From the NCBI GenBank assembly GCA_000934665.2, contig KZ538360.1, positions 1-64,000 of the forward strand: DNA of 64,000 nt, given 5' to 3'. The notes under the pieces are model-generated. The model did no database searches. It was not told the origin of the DNA and worked only from the letters and a program-made list of their open reading frames with translations. Each line of letters begins with the position of its first letter. Within the stretch, counting starts at the first letter, position 1. Of the stretch, positions 1 through 12,934 are shown in pieces. The DNA comes from Catajapyx aquilonaris (lineage: Eukaryota). The position numbers were made by a program, and so were the translations under genes.

Positions 1-134
1 TTTTCAACTAGGTAGAGAGGGGGGGTCTGAACCCGGGATTAGTTATACCGCCATCATAACACTTAATTCTGGAAAGTAGTGCAAGGGAGAGGTTTTTAAA
101 AAAATGGTGGCTAGAGTGTAATTAGCTGATCCAT

Positions 135-370
135 TTGTTCTGTGTCAATCTGCGAAATATTGGGACGAAACTAAGAGCTGGAGGATCGTATAGCAGAGGG
201 GGCCCCATCATTAAGGACGGAATGGAGTGTTGCCTTTGCAAACAGAAGGAAGATTGGTTGCGTGGGAGAAACGGGGGCTGTTGGACTTCTGAAGACAAAG
301 TAATGGTTTGCTTTTTGGTGGGGTGTCTGGAGACATGGGTTGAAAAAAATAAATAGTAGGATGGGATGAA
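135..370 (+). mobile_element. Degenerate LINE ORF2 endonuclease (APE) N-terminal fragment
   Basis: ORF 135-356 has 'CVNLRNIGTKL' and 'LVGCLETWVEK', resembling APE motifs N-x-R/G-L-x-x-K and D-I-x-x-L-x-E-T-W. Manual match only. Confidence 0.4.
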
Positions 371-829
371 CGTGGCAACAATGCTGTGCAGTCCGTTAGC
401 CAATCGGAAGCTGGCTCGACGCTTTCTGGTTGGACGCTGCTGTGTTGCCATATCGTTTCTGTATACACTGACTAAGAAATGCAGCAGCAATACTGTTTAT
501 TGTCAAATTTTATGACTACAACGAAGAAAATACCGACACACCCTACATCCATCGTATAATAACGCTGAAAATATCATAAATAAGAAATGAAAATGCCTTT
601 CATTGTTACAGCGTTGATATATTGACGATCAATATTCGACATGTTGATTTCAAACATCAATATAGCGAAGTATCCCACAGCAAATAACTATTCCATCAGA
701 ATGAAACTTCAAGATGAGCTTATACAGAACATTTCGTCGACATGGTTTCATGGGGGGGATGGAAACAGAAAACTTCTCTTGTCTGGAAGATGCTGCTGCC
801 GCCTTCATTCGCGGCGTCTACTATTTTGG

Positions 830-1110
830 CACATATCCCTAAGGGGGACACGGCATCGGGGAGGCCTTCTCCTCCCCCCAACACACTCTCTTCTTTCCTT
901 CAACATCGCCTCCACGTTATTTCCAATGATTTTCTGTCATCCGCTGACTGCCTCCGTGCTCTCGGTGTGTTCTCAGATCGAATGGAATCTTCCCCAGCCA
1001 TGTTGCGGATTTTGCCTTTTTTTTTAAGGATCCTCCATGCCACCCATACCCTCCCCTTGGTAGAAAAAAAGCAAATCTCCGGAGCTCCTCTCATGGGAGA
1101 TGCACTGCAG
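830..1110 (-). mobile_element. Degenerate RTE-clade LINE ORF2 C-terminal fragment
   Basis: Minus-strand 'KIRNMAGEDSI...ITWRRC*RKEE' resembles RTE 'IR...G...I...LRWxGHVxRREE'. Heavily decayed. Confidence 0.3.
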
Positions 1111-1859
1111 TCTTATTTTGACTGGGTCTTGGATTGAACTACTCTCAGACATACATCTCCTCGCTCGTTTTCCTCCGCCATCACGCTCTGACCTAATCTC
1201 AAAAATTCGGCATCAAAAATCGATACATCAACAATTCTGCATATAAATCGAAACGTCGATATATCGATAATCTTACATTCTGGTAGATTCACCGATAATA
1301 TTGGGTATTTTCAATATGTCGATATATTGACACGTGCGTATCGATCATATATCGAACCTAAATCGTAAAATTTGCATATTGGTCGATATATTTACCTGGA
1401 AATGGCCTTTGTAAGCCAGGTGATTTGGGGCGAATGAGGATCAAGGTGTGTTCTAAAATCTGGTCCCCTCACCCTTGAAAATATATAATCCCAAGGCGGC
1501 AGTACTTGGTACCTTCAGGCACTTCTCGCATTTGCATTCAGACTTTCTCTCCCTTCCTTGCCAAAATGATTTTTGGACTAGTTGATTCCGCCGGCTGGAT
1601 GGAAAATGAGATTCCGATTCGGGTGGGAGGAGGAAAGGAGAGAGATACTACGTTTAGTCAAAGGCAAATTGCTTTGATGGATTCTCCAAACATTTGCAGT
1701 TCTCCGAGTTCCTCCTCCCCCCTCAAAGTTTTGTGCACACAATCCAATCGGAAATAAAATGGTTCTTAAATACTCCTCCAGGGAGGGGAGGGGAGGACTA
1801 ATATATAGGATTTCCGATGTAACCTAATGGCACCTTGCGTCTTCATAACCGTCGCATTG

Positions 1860-2295
1860 TTGGAAAATACAATTAGAGATCCCCAGGGACATGTCAATAA
1901 CCTTTTAAACTCAATGACCCAATTTTATGCCGAGATAAACTTGTCTTCTGCTTTATTACCGTCGCTTATCAATGCCAGCAGTGTTGGCAATTTAGCCGCT
2001 TGTTTGTGTACGAATGCTGGATAATAACTGGATTTCACGGGCGCAACTGAGCATAACTCAAGCAGCGGGGACGCAAGGAAAGGCATTAACATGGAATGAA
2101 GAAAGTTAAGAGAACGAAATATAACTATATTACCCCTGGTCGAGGAGGAGCAGCCATATTCGTGGAAACTGCTCGGGATTTACGTGACGTAACCTGGGGA
2201 GGCGACAAATATTTATGCAACTGCTAGGGTCTAAAACAAGAGGCCCTATCTCACGACCTCCATCTTAGAAGAAAAAGGAATTCCAAAAATGCGGT
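1860..2295 (+). mobile_element. Degenerate LINE reverse-transcriptase fragment (CR1/L2/Rex-like)
   Basis: Motifs occur in the expected order: PQG (1881-1889), 'SALLPSL', 'NME*RKLRE', 'SWKLLGIYV' (KLLGIY 2166-2183), 'NKRPYL' (2235-2252), 'KGIP'. Consensus is PQGSVLGP...KLLGV...ANKRLYFL...G-P. Contains stops and frameshifts. Confidence 0.5.
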
Positions 2296-2719
2296 ACAGC
2301 AAAAACAAATATTTACTTTAAATTAATTGTCATTGCTGTTGATAACGATTAATTTTTTACTGCACCATGGGTTGTTCCTAACACAGTACATTGTTCCCCA
2401 TTGTCGGTGTGTACCAAGGATGAATACATTATATGTGGCCCCACACACTCCAAAACGCGTAGATCAGACCGATGCACACGAGCACCACTCGACAAGCCAG
2501 GTGCTTGTGACAATATGACTCTTTTCAAGTGACATCCACGCGGAGGTCAACCGCGATGGGCATTAGCGTCGCCATAACTCTAGTCCCCGTTGTGCATGCT
2601 AAAAACCAATATTTTGGCCCGGAAAACAACATCACCCTTGTAAATACAGATGGCGGCATAGTCGCGACACCTACAGGGTTGAGGTTGAAAAAAAACGGTC
2701 CCTTCTTTTGTTGCGACCG

Positions 2720-3010
2720 GTGGGGTTGGCCTAATTCAAGGCCAGTCTCTCCTCCAGGGGAGGACTTGCTTCTCTTGTTTGCCAGTCAACGCCACCAGTC
2801 CTCTCTCTTGGGTCAGCCTGAGTTTCTTTTCAGAGGCTGTAAAGTGCGGGGCTTACACGGTGTTTCACCAGCCGGAACCATCCTGCCTTGTTAATCGGCT
2901 ATACTCTTGTGGTGGTAAAAAAAATATGGCGAGAATGAAAAGCTACTGTGTACAGTACTACCCACCCACCTTAGACACATCCGGAGACGACCCAAACTCA
3001 ATCTAATATT
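2720..3010 (-). mobile_element. Degenerate RTE-clade LINE 3' end
   Basis: 'CLRWVGSTVH' (~RLRWAGHV), then 'LTQERGL/WR*L' (~AQDRxxWR) after a frameshift. Confidence 0.3.
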
Positions 3011-4979
3011 CAAAGGTGACGCCTGATCACTAAAATCTCCACACCTTTTCCACTCGTTATCTCCCCTAAATCTGATCTGAAGATTATAAAATGCTGGGGC
3101 ATGTCCGAAACACCCATACAATTAGGCGCAGTAATTTTTACAGCGACATCTACCGGGCAGAACTGGGTCATCACCCCAAACCCCCAGCTTATATTTCCTG
3201 CCCCGTTATTTTTAAACACCCGGTTTTGCACCTGCCGCTTCTTTGACACGCCTCAATTAAAGCAGCGTTACTATTACTTCATATAAAAAAAAAAGTCTTA
3301 GCCACTCCTACACATGAAAATGGAGAAATGGTGATTCCACCCCGGCCCATTGTTGCCATTCCGCCATGTAATAACCGGTTAGAAACTGTTTCAACTCAGC
3401 TAACTAACCTCCTGTCGCACGGGGTCAAACTCATGATTACAATTTTTTTTTACCTGGCAGCTACAAAAAAAAAGGGGGGTACATTAGGCAACACTGTAAC
3501 CCGCGAGCTCTCTTGGTACAACCCATTACCTTTTCATGGTTTGTCTCACCCGAAATTACAACCGGATTTATACAGGAGCGGTATAATGGCTGGGGATAAA
3601 ATCCGCCATTTTTCAGGAGCGATAACGCATCTCAAGTTGCGTGCAATTTTTGCTCGCTTCTGTAACACGCGTAGGATCCTCCGAGTTTATTCCTCTGGCT
3701 AACAAGAGGCTGATGACCTACGACACTTTTCGCGCCTCGACTGGAAACTGGGTGTGACATAACCACGCTTGAAGGCTTTTCAAGAAGAGCAGTTAAGGCA
3801 TCAAAATCGCCTCATGATAAAGCGGTTCAAAACGGAGCGAGTTATTCACATATTTTAAATCAATTCATTTTTGAAGCGCGGTATCGTACATTCACCAGTT
3901 TGTCCTCATCCTATCTGTACATTGTACACACCAAATTCCGGCCTTGTCTTTTTTTATCAAGTTGACGCAAGTATTTTTCTCGGCCATAAAAGCAGACAGG
4001 ATAAGACGTCTTGAAAATAGCCGTACGGAGGCAAGGTCGCGTTGATGTCCCATATAAAAGAGTTAGCTTGCATTTTCTCTCACCTCCTTATCGGTAAGTG
4101 AGTTTTCCAACTGGGACTGATTTATAGCACCTTCCAGAATAGAAAACGCCCCATTATCAATAGGCTGCATCCTCAACTTTGAGAGTCTTCACATGTCGAG
4201 AGGAAAGCCAGCCAATAGATTACACCCTCCCAAAAAAAACATGTCCGCCATTATAGTGTGTCCCAATTAATATGTCTACAAAAGAATTGTCAGGAGCTCG
4301 GTTGTCACGGGTACCATAGCCACCATTCCTTGATCATATCCAATTAGCGCGGTGGATCTAAAATTAGAGCACAATTACTACAGGCCAGAAAAAGAAAATG
4401 GTTGATCAAACGAGCCTGCTTGTTTACTGCGCAAAAATGGGACCTGTGTGTTTTTCCTGCAAATTCCGCCATTTTGATCACAGATGCGGTGGATGTTGCC
4501 ACGAGCTGTGCATCGGTCCGCAAACAATTGGAGGAAATAACGGTCCATTTTTAATGACAAAAAGGTCAAAATTAATATTAGCAGCTAATTGGATAACCAT
4601 TGGTCAATGGTGACAAAAATTTCAAAACCATTTGATTATAGTTTTGGACAGGTTTTTGGCCCGTATTTTGTAGTTACCATACGTAGATGTCGCTTTTTAT
4701 CAGCAAATATATTTATCAGCAAACGCGGTGCAGATTGGACAGAATAAGGCATATGTTGGCTCCAAATATTATCAGGGACTCTGATACGTTGGTACTAAAA
4801 TATCCGAAATTAAGCCACAAATATAAGATTAGGCCCAATTTTTTCAAAATTTCTTCCTCACAAAATGCGGATATGCTCAACCCGCATGGTGGCTCCAACC
4901 ATACGTCATTCCGGGTCCAACACTGCCTGGAGTATATGCTAATGTCCGACGTTTTACAACATCAATCATTCCCCTACAT

Positions 4980-5110
4980 CTTTTTACGCTCCTCCTTTTG
5001 TGGCCAAGTTATTTATGAAGTTATAAGTACTGCACTCCAACCGGGGTCTAAGTCCTATCTATTGATTTTGTCATTTCCTTCCAAGATTTTTGCTGTACCA
5101 GAAGCCTTGC
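4980..5110 (-). mobile_element. Degenerate RTE-clade LINE 3' end
   Basis: 'KILEG' (5076-5090), then after a frameshift 'GLRPRLECSTYNFINNLA' (~ILEG..GRPRLE...CxSYxExKRLA). Confidence 0.3.
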
Positions 5111-6869
5111 TTTAATCCATTATTAGGAGGATGTTGGGAGAGGGAGGGAGGGGGGGGGGGGTATCGCCAAAACTTTCTTGTGCGGAGGGGGGTAATGAAA
5201 CCTGGTTTCTTTACGGCCCTCCACGTGTTCCTAGGCTATCGATTGTCGTCTGCGGTTCCCTTGTTGACGACCCATTCATGCAGTTCTGTTCCGCTGGAAA
5301 AGATTCGACCAGAAAAAAAAACATCGTACCCACCGAATCACTTAGCGTCGACGAAGCGTAGTTTGAAGATGCCCGCCGAATTAGGGCGCTAATGTGGGCT
5401 ATTATTTTCTGAGATTATTTTTTGGGGCGTTGAGCGAACTAATGGGCGGGGGAGTACATGGCCGAACCCAGTATGGTAATGGCCGGATATTTTTCGCTTA
5501 ACAATCGAAGTTTTAGCCATATTGCGGATGATCGCTGTAACTTCGTGGGTAATGAACCGGGATGGAGAAAAACTCAAATAATGGGTATGAAACGGGTATG
5601 AAATTGAAAGTAGACCCTCTTACACTATGTCCCTCTCCAATCGTCCCCTGTTCATGTACTACAATGCAAGTTAATTGTTTGTAACAGTTAATCATTTTTA
5701 GATTTAATAATTTATTTTGAATTATTTTTTACATTATTTAAACATTTATTTTGAATTATTTTTCACATTATTTAAAAATTTATTTTTGTTTATTACTTAA
5801 CACATTTATTTATTTATTTACTTAATTTACTTATTTATTATTTGGTTTCATTTTTTGTTGGTTCTAGCAACTCTTGTGTAGGTGGAGCAACCTGTTCCCA
5901 ACCCGACGATTAGCACCTGTAGTTACGATAGCGTCTGGCTAATTTGAAACCGCCTGATTGGCTCTAGGACCGGCGTCCCAATTCCCATTCGCACAAAGCC
6001 GCGCGACATGAACGCAGCAGAAATCTGACACCCGAATCAAGCATTTCCCAGGACCTGAGCGGAGCAAAGCGGAGGTCAAGCACTAAATTACAGCCCAGCG
6101 AGTACTTGGGGATGCATCAATCAGGAAACATCCGTTTTCTCCATTCAAGACACGGCCGATGGTTGCTTGGGTGCGACGTCTCCAGCAGCCCCAGCCAACC
6201 AACCTCAACCAAAAGGGATAGAAAAAGAGTCGGGACAGGCCAACCAACAACAGCTAATGATGAATGTGCAAGTAATGGTGGTTGGGGCTCGGTGTCAGAA
6301 AGGGCCGCATAAGTCGAGCTCGGCTAATGTGCACCCTGCATATACCCTACACTACATTCTTGCTATTAACGCAAATGCACACATCAGTGCGCCTAATTAC
6401 ACCAGACATCATCAGGTAAATGGTAAATATTTTTAAACAAATTTAATATTATATGGACGCTCAATAGCCGCGATGCGACTCATAAATTAAGAAATAATTT
6501 GCAATATGCTGGAGGGTGTTCCGGATTATCCGGAGCATCAACCTGCCAGGTGGGATTATCCATTCCTCGCATACATTTTTTAAACCGAAAAAACCAGTCT
6601 GGTGACCATAAATTGCGAAAAAATAAAAACTGTGTAAATGACTCCGGCGCTCAGGAGTCGTTATAACTTGGAATTATTGCATGCCAACTGGCCCCCACAT
6701 AATTGTTTACTTTTTTACCCCCAGCATTTGGGGACCGCCGATTGATACCCATGCAGTGGAAGGTACTTTTAACGATGGATTGGGACAGGCCTTTCGTTCC
6801 GGGGGGAATCGATTGATGAACACGGAAACTCCCTAGAATGAAATGATCCCTACAAACCGAATCGACTTG

Positions 6870-7147
6870 GTAATGAATCCTCTCCTGCGCAAAAGCGGAG
6901 CCGGGACAGGGTTATAAATTCCTATAATATACAAGCTCAATTACTATCCAGATGAATATCAACTTGCCAACCCGCAGCACCGGGGCCAGAAACTTCGCCT
7001 CGAATTCAATGCCCAAGAAAACTTTCTTCTTCTTTTTACTTTTCTTACTTTTTTTTTTGTCCATTCCATATTTCCCAAGTAGCTTCCACTTGAAATTCTG
7101 GCTATGACCACCGATGTCATATTTCTTCGCGACCTGCTGTGTATCAT
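6870..7147 (-). mobile_element. Degenerate RTE-clade LINE RT C-terminal fragment
   Basis: ORF 6959-7147 'SYLGNMEWTKKKVRKVKRRRKFSWA' (~YLG...EIKRRI..AW), followed by 'DIHLDS/LSLY' (~IxLxTKLRLY). Confidence 0.45.
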
Positions 7148-8439
7148 TGGTTACGGTGTTGGTCGGAATACGTAATAGAGCTGGGGGTGTCTACAAAATG
7201 CTGGGGATGGTCCGGCCAGAAAGGAACTTGGATGCTTATTTAGCTTTTTTTTGTATAATGTAACTTGTATCAGTTACTTTCAAAATTTTCAGATTTTAGC
7301 CAGAAAAAGCCACATTTCTGTCAAAAAATATTTCAATTAGTAACTAATAGTTGTTACTTAGCTACTTATAGCAGTTCCATGCACTATTGGCATAAGGTGT
7401 TTACAACATACGGGCTTGGGGCACACATTTCAACCAGGTGTTGCTATTTATCTGTTCTTATTAGGCAATTTATAGCAATTTATTTAGCGACATGGGGCTA
7501 GTTCGGCCAGATGTCAAAACACAGGCTTAGGGCACATTTTTGCAATTAAAATATTTGACCAGGATTCTTCGCCATTTAACTGACCGTTAACTTGAACTAC
7601 AGTAAGCTCCTAATAAACTGTGTACAAAAATAAGCGTAACCTTTTCTGCTCACTAGAGAAAAACATCTCTAATAACATAGTCTTTTCTTATTGCGTCACC
7701 CCAGCGTACATGTACCGCCAGTACAATGCAGCTCGTTGATTAACTCTGGTTTGTACCCCAGCCTTAATTTAAGCTTACTTGATTACACGGGCCCTGTAGC
7801 AAATGATAGTTTGTTAGGAAAATTCAAAAGGGGGCGGGGGGAGAGGGGGGAATGTTGAGCGCATTTCCACTTAATATGGCTTCAAAGGTTAGTAAACTTC
7901 ACAGGAGGAGCTAACGATTTCATTTTCAGAGCATGCAAAATTATTTTTGCTCCGCTTTGGGTTCATTTATAAGCGCACAGGGGACTTTGCCAGTTCTCTC
8001 TCATCAAAATTTCGGACGCTCTTAAAACAACTGAAATGAATTGCACAAACCTTTCATTTTCTACTGAAAAAAAAAATCGGCCAGTTTGGCAATATGAAAC
8101 CGATCGCATAATTAGTTCCGGGCTATTTTCAAACGTTCTAACCGCACCCTATACTTGTAACCGGAATCTGGAGGCGGAATAATCCCCAGGTTTTTACCCC
8201 GAAACCATCTGGCACACTGCTGCGCCTGGTAACCATTCGGTGAGGGGACATGGAGTCAGGTCCCGCCATTTCTTTGTTCTGAAATGAATCGAATTGCCGT
8301 CCATTTGCATTGGGACCAAAGATGGCGGGTCCGTGCCTAATCCTCCCCAAAAATCCTCAATGGTTCACCACATTGCCCGCACTAGGGTTTGGAGGACCCA
8401 TCCCATTGTTGTTGTCCCTGACCAGTTTCAAAAACAGGA

Positions 8440-8700
8440 CAACTGGACAGTAAAACTGGGCTCCAGAACAAATCTGTTTCTAGGGGGACGAAATAACCCC
8501 CAGAAGCTAAGTAGCGTGCGAGTGGGTTGGGTCTTGAGGGGTAGGAAATGGGCAGAAAAAGGACCTTCCCTTCCGGCTGAGGGTATACTGTTAACTGTGG
8601 TAGTAGCCTGGAGGAACTTAACTTTAGGCGGGGAAGAGCAAGATTTTTGGAGGGGTTTATACGACCCAATAAAAACGAGTGCCTTGAGGTTCCGGGCCAT
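8440..8700 (-). mobile_element. Degenerate Ty3/Gypsy reverse-transcriptase thumb fragment
   Basis: ORF 8428-8733 'QKSCSSPPKVKFL...HFLPLKTQPTRTLLSFWGL...RFV' versus Gypsy 'KCxF..xVKFLG...FPxPKT..LRSFLGL..YRRFV'. Confidence 0.3.
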
Positions 8701-10339
8701 TGGGGCAGGCATAAGTTCATAAAACTGGTTCAACGGTTGCCAGATCTGGAAACGGACCTATCATGGCACGCGTAGGTCAGGATCTGGCCGATATGGCAAC
8801 CATGTCGCATGCTCTCAGCCAATCCTATTGCATGTAACACTGAACATGCCAAAGACGAGCTTCTACTGGCCCAAAATGGGGCAATCATATTGCCTGTAAC
8901 GAACGGGGAAGAATTGCACTCCCTACTCTGCCCAGGGCCAGGAGAAAAGGTCTGGTGTATTTTCAGAAAAGTCAGAAATGACTAATGCACAGCGCCCTCC
9001 CTTGGGAACCTCCCCCTCCCACTAGAAGGGTTCCGCCCTATCACCGGGTACATTTTTTTAAAAAAATTGCAAACTGCCTATAACATGGACATTGACTAAA
9101 AATGGCCAGTGCGAAGTAGGTACAAAAATGAAACTTACGTAATATTAGTCCTGACCAAAATTCAGAGCTAGAGAACTTTATTGGGTGGAATTATTAGCAT
9201 ATTTTCCAACCTATCCAATCACACCTGGTAGCAACCGGACTCCGCTTCATGATTGGTCTCCCCTTAGCAATGGGGGCGGACCATACCGTGGTGGTCCTAC
9301 ACCCCCGACATTAAATATTTAGATAGTGACCACCCTCCTGTCAAGTGGCAGCTGCACACTTTTGGAGTGTAACAAGAGGGACCACCACCTCTGAAGGGGA
9401 GCAAGATTGGCCCAGATGGTTTCAAGAACCTCAAAAAAAACTCAAAAACCGTTCCGCACTGCTTTGCCGATAAATCATTCCCACAGGGGTTTTCTATTAA
9501 CCATGCAGAACAGAGGAAGTGTCGGTCACGAAAATGGGCAAGGTTACCCCCCTTTTTTTCTTCCAAGTCGTTAAACCGTATTCATCACGAGCCTTGATTG
9601 GATTCAATGATCTCCGAATATCCAATAAACCCTCGAATATTTTACAGCTCTCCATAAGAGGGTTTGCAACAAGGTCAGTCGTGACCCGACACTGAGTGGG
9701 TCACTATTTTTGGTCGGATTTGGACGGGCTAAAGGGTTGGGTCAAGTTGTCAAGGATAAGTGTCTATCCAACCTCCTACTCACGGATAGAAACATAACAG
9801 TAGTGATTCACACTGGACAAAACTTGTCCCATTCCAGGTGGGGGGAAAGTACAAATTTTTGCCTCTATTGTCAAGCTTGGGGTTAGCACAAGGCGTTTTC
9901 CATGGTCACGAGGAGGTCAACAACTGCCTACGCCTCTTTTTCGTCGAGTGTATCCGAGAGGGGGGGTGCTGTCCGGGGTGGGCCATGTTGACACAAGGCT
10001 TTTGTCTCCTCTTGTGTCAACCCAGGTGCTCTCTTTCCCCTAGATAACTACTAAAAATGTGCACCTCTACTAACGACATTACACTTTTTTTTTCGGGGAG
10101 GGCTAGGAAGAGAGTTATGTTGGCCACGTCACGCTGGGCCTTTCACACGAGAGAGGGGGGGCCCTCTAACTGTAATTTTTTGCCCTCTCTCCCTCCTCCT
10201 ACCTGGTGACTTTTAAAGACAACAAGGCCCCGTTAGGACTGACTCACGTGAGAAAAGGAGATGGGTAATACAAACTACACGGCTTGTTTCAGTACTTCTT
10301 TTACACTTTTAGGGATCCGGTCTTAATTCCGACCCTGAC

Positions 10340-10520
10340 AATGCTTGGAAATAATTTGACGCCTTGGAATTTTAAAAAAAATTGCATTATTACAATTCAG
10401 CTTGTCAGAAAGAACACCTATAGGAACGACATGAAAAAACTACTGATTGTTGCTTCTAATCATCCTAAAGAAAAACGTCTTGTCGTTCTTAATGGAGCGA
10501 ATGAAGCAATTAGCGAGTAT
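10340..10520 (+). mobile_element. Possible Penelope-like RT fragment
   Basis: 'NNLTPW...VRKNTYRN...LIVASNHPKEKRLVV' resembles PLE 'NxLPFLD...VYRKxT...YL..xSNHP..K..V'. Spacing is imperfect. Confidence 0.3.
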
Positions 10521-11757
10521 TGGCGCAGTCACTGGCACGGACTTGCTTTAATCCGCTTGTTTGCCTTTCCCATGTTTACTTCTTGGCGCCTTTAATCTTG
10601 AGAAAAAAAAGGCACGTGATCAGATCAAAACTTGAGATTAGGCGCAACACAAGGAGCCGGATTTTTTTTTTTTCATTTCGTAACCCAACGCATCTTCCAA
10701 AAATATTTTCCCAAAAAAAATTTTTGCAGTGGATTGAAAGTGAAAATTCAGAGGTGTCCACCATTCTGCATGCATGCGCCGAGTGTATCTAATCCAGGCT
10801 CCGGCGGTCCACAGAAGGGTGAAGAATGCGGGGAGAATGATCAATGGCTTATTGTTGGGAAGACCGGAATCGCCAGCGCGCCCGCAAGCCGACATATTCT
10901 CTGTAACCGCCATTGGACACGGGATTTTCCACACAGAGAGTAGGGGGGGGGGGGACAGGTTTGGAAAAATATCCCTAGAAAAACTTTTTCGGGAGAACGT
11001 TTCATCCCTAGATGAAAAATAATTCCAATATCCTCAGGGCACGTTCGATTTTAAAAAATCAAACTATCGAGTGAATCTAAGCTGATTTGTAAAAATTTTC
11101 GCGACATTTTTCTTCAGATTGTTAAAAAATTGAGTGTAGATTTCGTTACTGAAAAAAAACCAGAGGCGCTTGTTTTTTTTCGGTCTCTTTTACCAACTGA
11201 AGAGCTTTCAGGATAGTGTGGCAGAAGGAACAAAAGGGCTCAAGCCTGGCAACCAGGGGTTTTGCTGCGAAGAGCCTTCTCGTGTAGGCGGGACAAGTAA
11301 AAGAGAAGGGAGGCCTACGTCTTGTTTCCATGGCGCGCACACGGGAGAAAAGTGGTTGCTACAGGCGACGGGTTCTGGTTTGGTTCTTCTCCAACGTTAT
11401 GGCCCGATTTGGGCTAGGTTAACACAACATTGTGGCCAGGGTGAGGGGTGTCTGCAAAATGGCCGGGTGCGCAGAACGGGTGCGCACTAGGGACTCTGCG
11501 CGGAGCAAGTGCGCAATAGGTTATTCACGCTATGTGGCACGTACGTACAGCTACGTCAAAATAAATTAACACGAATGTTGCATTAAAGCGAAGAAATTAA
11601 ATTTAGAAAAATTGCATATTCATATTTAAAACTATCGATTATATTTTAAAATCAACTAGCTTTAAAAATTCTGAATTGTTTAAAAAAAATTACATACATT
11701 GCACATCACTGCCACCCCTGAATGGGATTAAGGCCGTGAACAATATGTTACAGTATA

Positions 11758-11820
11758 GTACTATATACGCCAAATTGTTTCATACCCCGGGGGTATGAAA
11801 CAATTTGGCGTATATAGTAC
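11758..11820. repeat. Perfect 31-bp inverted repeat with 1-nt spacer (63-bp palindrome), probable TA-flanked TIR-element foldback remnant
   Basis: GTACTATATACGCCAAATTGTTTCATACCCC-g-GGGGTATGAAACAATTTGGCGTATATAGTAC. The arms are exact reverse complements, with TA at 11759-60 and 11818-19. Confidence 0.95.
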
Positions 11821-12065
11821 ATACATTGCAAAAAATGCTAAAATAACTCACATTACCGTACATGAAATAGCTGTTAAATACAAATTTGCCAAATTTTTAA
11901 CATGATAAAAATTGTTTACCTACATAAATTTCTAAAAAATAAACAGTTATTTAATTTTTTAAATCTCTTAAGAGGACGTCCAAAATATTATGAACCGACT
12001 CACAAGATGGTGGATGCGCAGAACGGGTGCGCAGTGGAAACCAGATGCTGACTGAACATTCTTTT

Positions 12066-12200
12066 GGGGAGGCAAAAACAAGTGGAGAGAATGGGTTTAG
12101 AGGCGAAAGAGGATTTTCTGGCAATCAGGATCGACTTGGGAGCTGCCGATATTGACAGGCTGACATTGGCCCCGCTGGCCCAGGCCTGCGATTAGGGGAT
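12066..12200 (+). pseudogene. Decayed collagen-like Gly-X-Y coding fragment
   Basis: Frame from 12066 reads GEA KTS GEN GFR GER GFS GNQ DRL GSC RY* Q ADI GPA GPG. Gly occupies the first position of 7 of the first 9 triplets, and in-frame stops are present. Confidence 0.35.
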
Positions 12201-12934
12201 TAGTGGGGGGACCTAAGCCCCTTTGCGGGACGCCCCTGGGGGGGAAAGACTTGGGCTTGTAATTAGGAAGCTGTCCACCCATGGTACGCTCCTGAGGGAA
12301 TTGGGCCCCCTCTTTGGGTGTCCAGTTCTCTCAAAGTTCTTGCCCTTCTGCACCTCCGGTTATTACTTAAAACCTCAGGGAGGTTCAATGCTCGATTACA
12401 CCACCGAGGACACCCAGTTTGTAAAAATTGTACAAATACATTTAAAAAAACAAGACATTGCGTCTTTTACCTTGGCCGTGGGCCATTTACGTGCATTGGT
12501 CCAAATTTAAACCAGTGCGCCCCCGTTACAATGCCGTGTCTGCTTTCGTCACAGACAAACCCTCCCAAAATCACATCAGATAAATTACGGCCTTGTTTTC
12601 TCCCACCCGGTACAGCTCATGCCCTTGGCATTTTTGGAGGAAAAAATTATTTTGGGTTTGACATTTTTAAAAAGTCTGTGGAAGTAAATGTACTGTATAT
12701 ATAATTATGCCTACCTGTGTATACGCTGCAAATCGCTACAAGGTAGGACAGTTCAGCACTTTATTTTAACTTTCATGTAAGCTACATTATGCAACTAATT
12801 AAAATCCGCCTGCACTTCTGTTATTTCAAGAAAATTGCTACCAAATTTTCCACAACACAGGAAAACCATACAAAGTTTTGCTCTAACTATAACTTAACTT
12901 TTTCCCTACAAAATTTGCGTGCGTACATCGAATC

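Noticed and set aside
3709..3765. CTGATGA...GAAA hammerhead-like core (similar words at 17404 and on the minus strand near 26720)
   Set aside because: Stem II and/or stem III with a cleavable NUH cannot be formed.
9987..10021. 11-bp inverted repeat GTTGACACAAG / CTTGTGTCAAC
   Set aside because: Isolated short hairpin with no TSD, U-tract or associated element, so no function can be supported.
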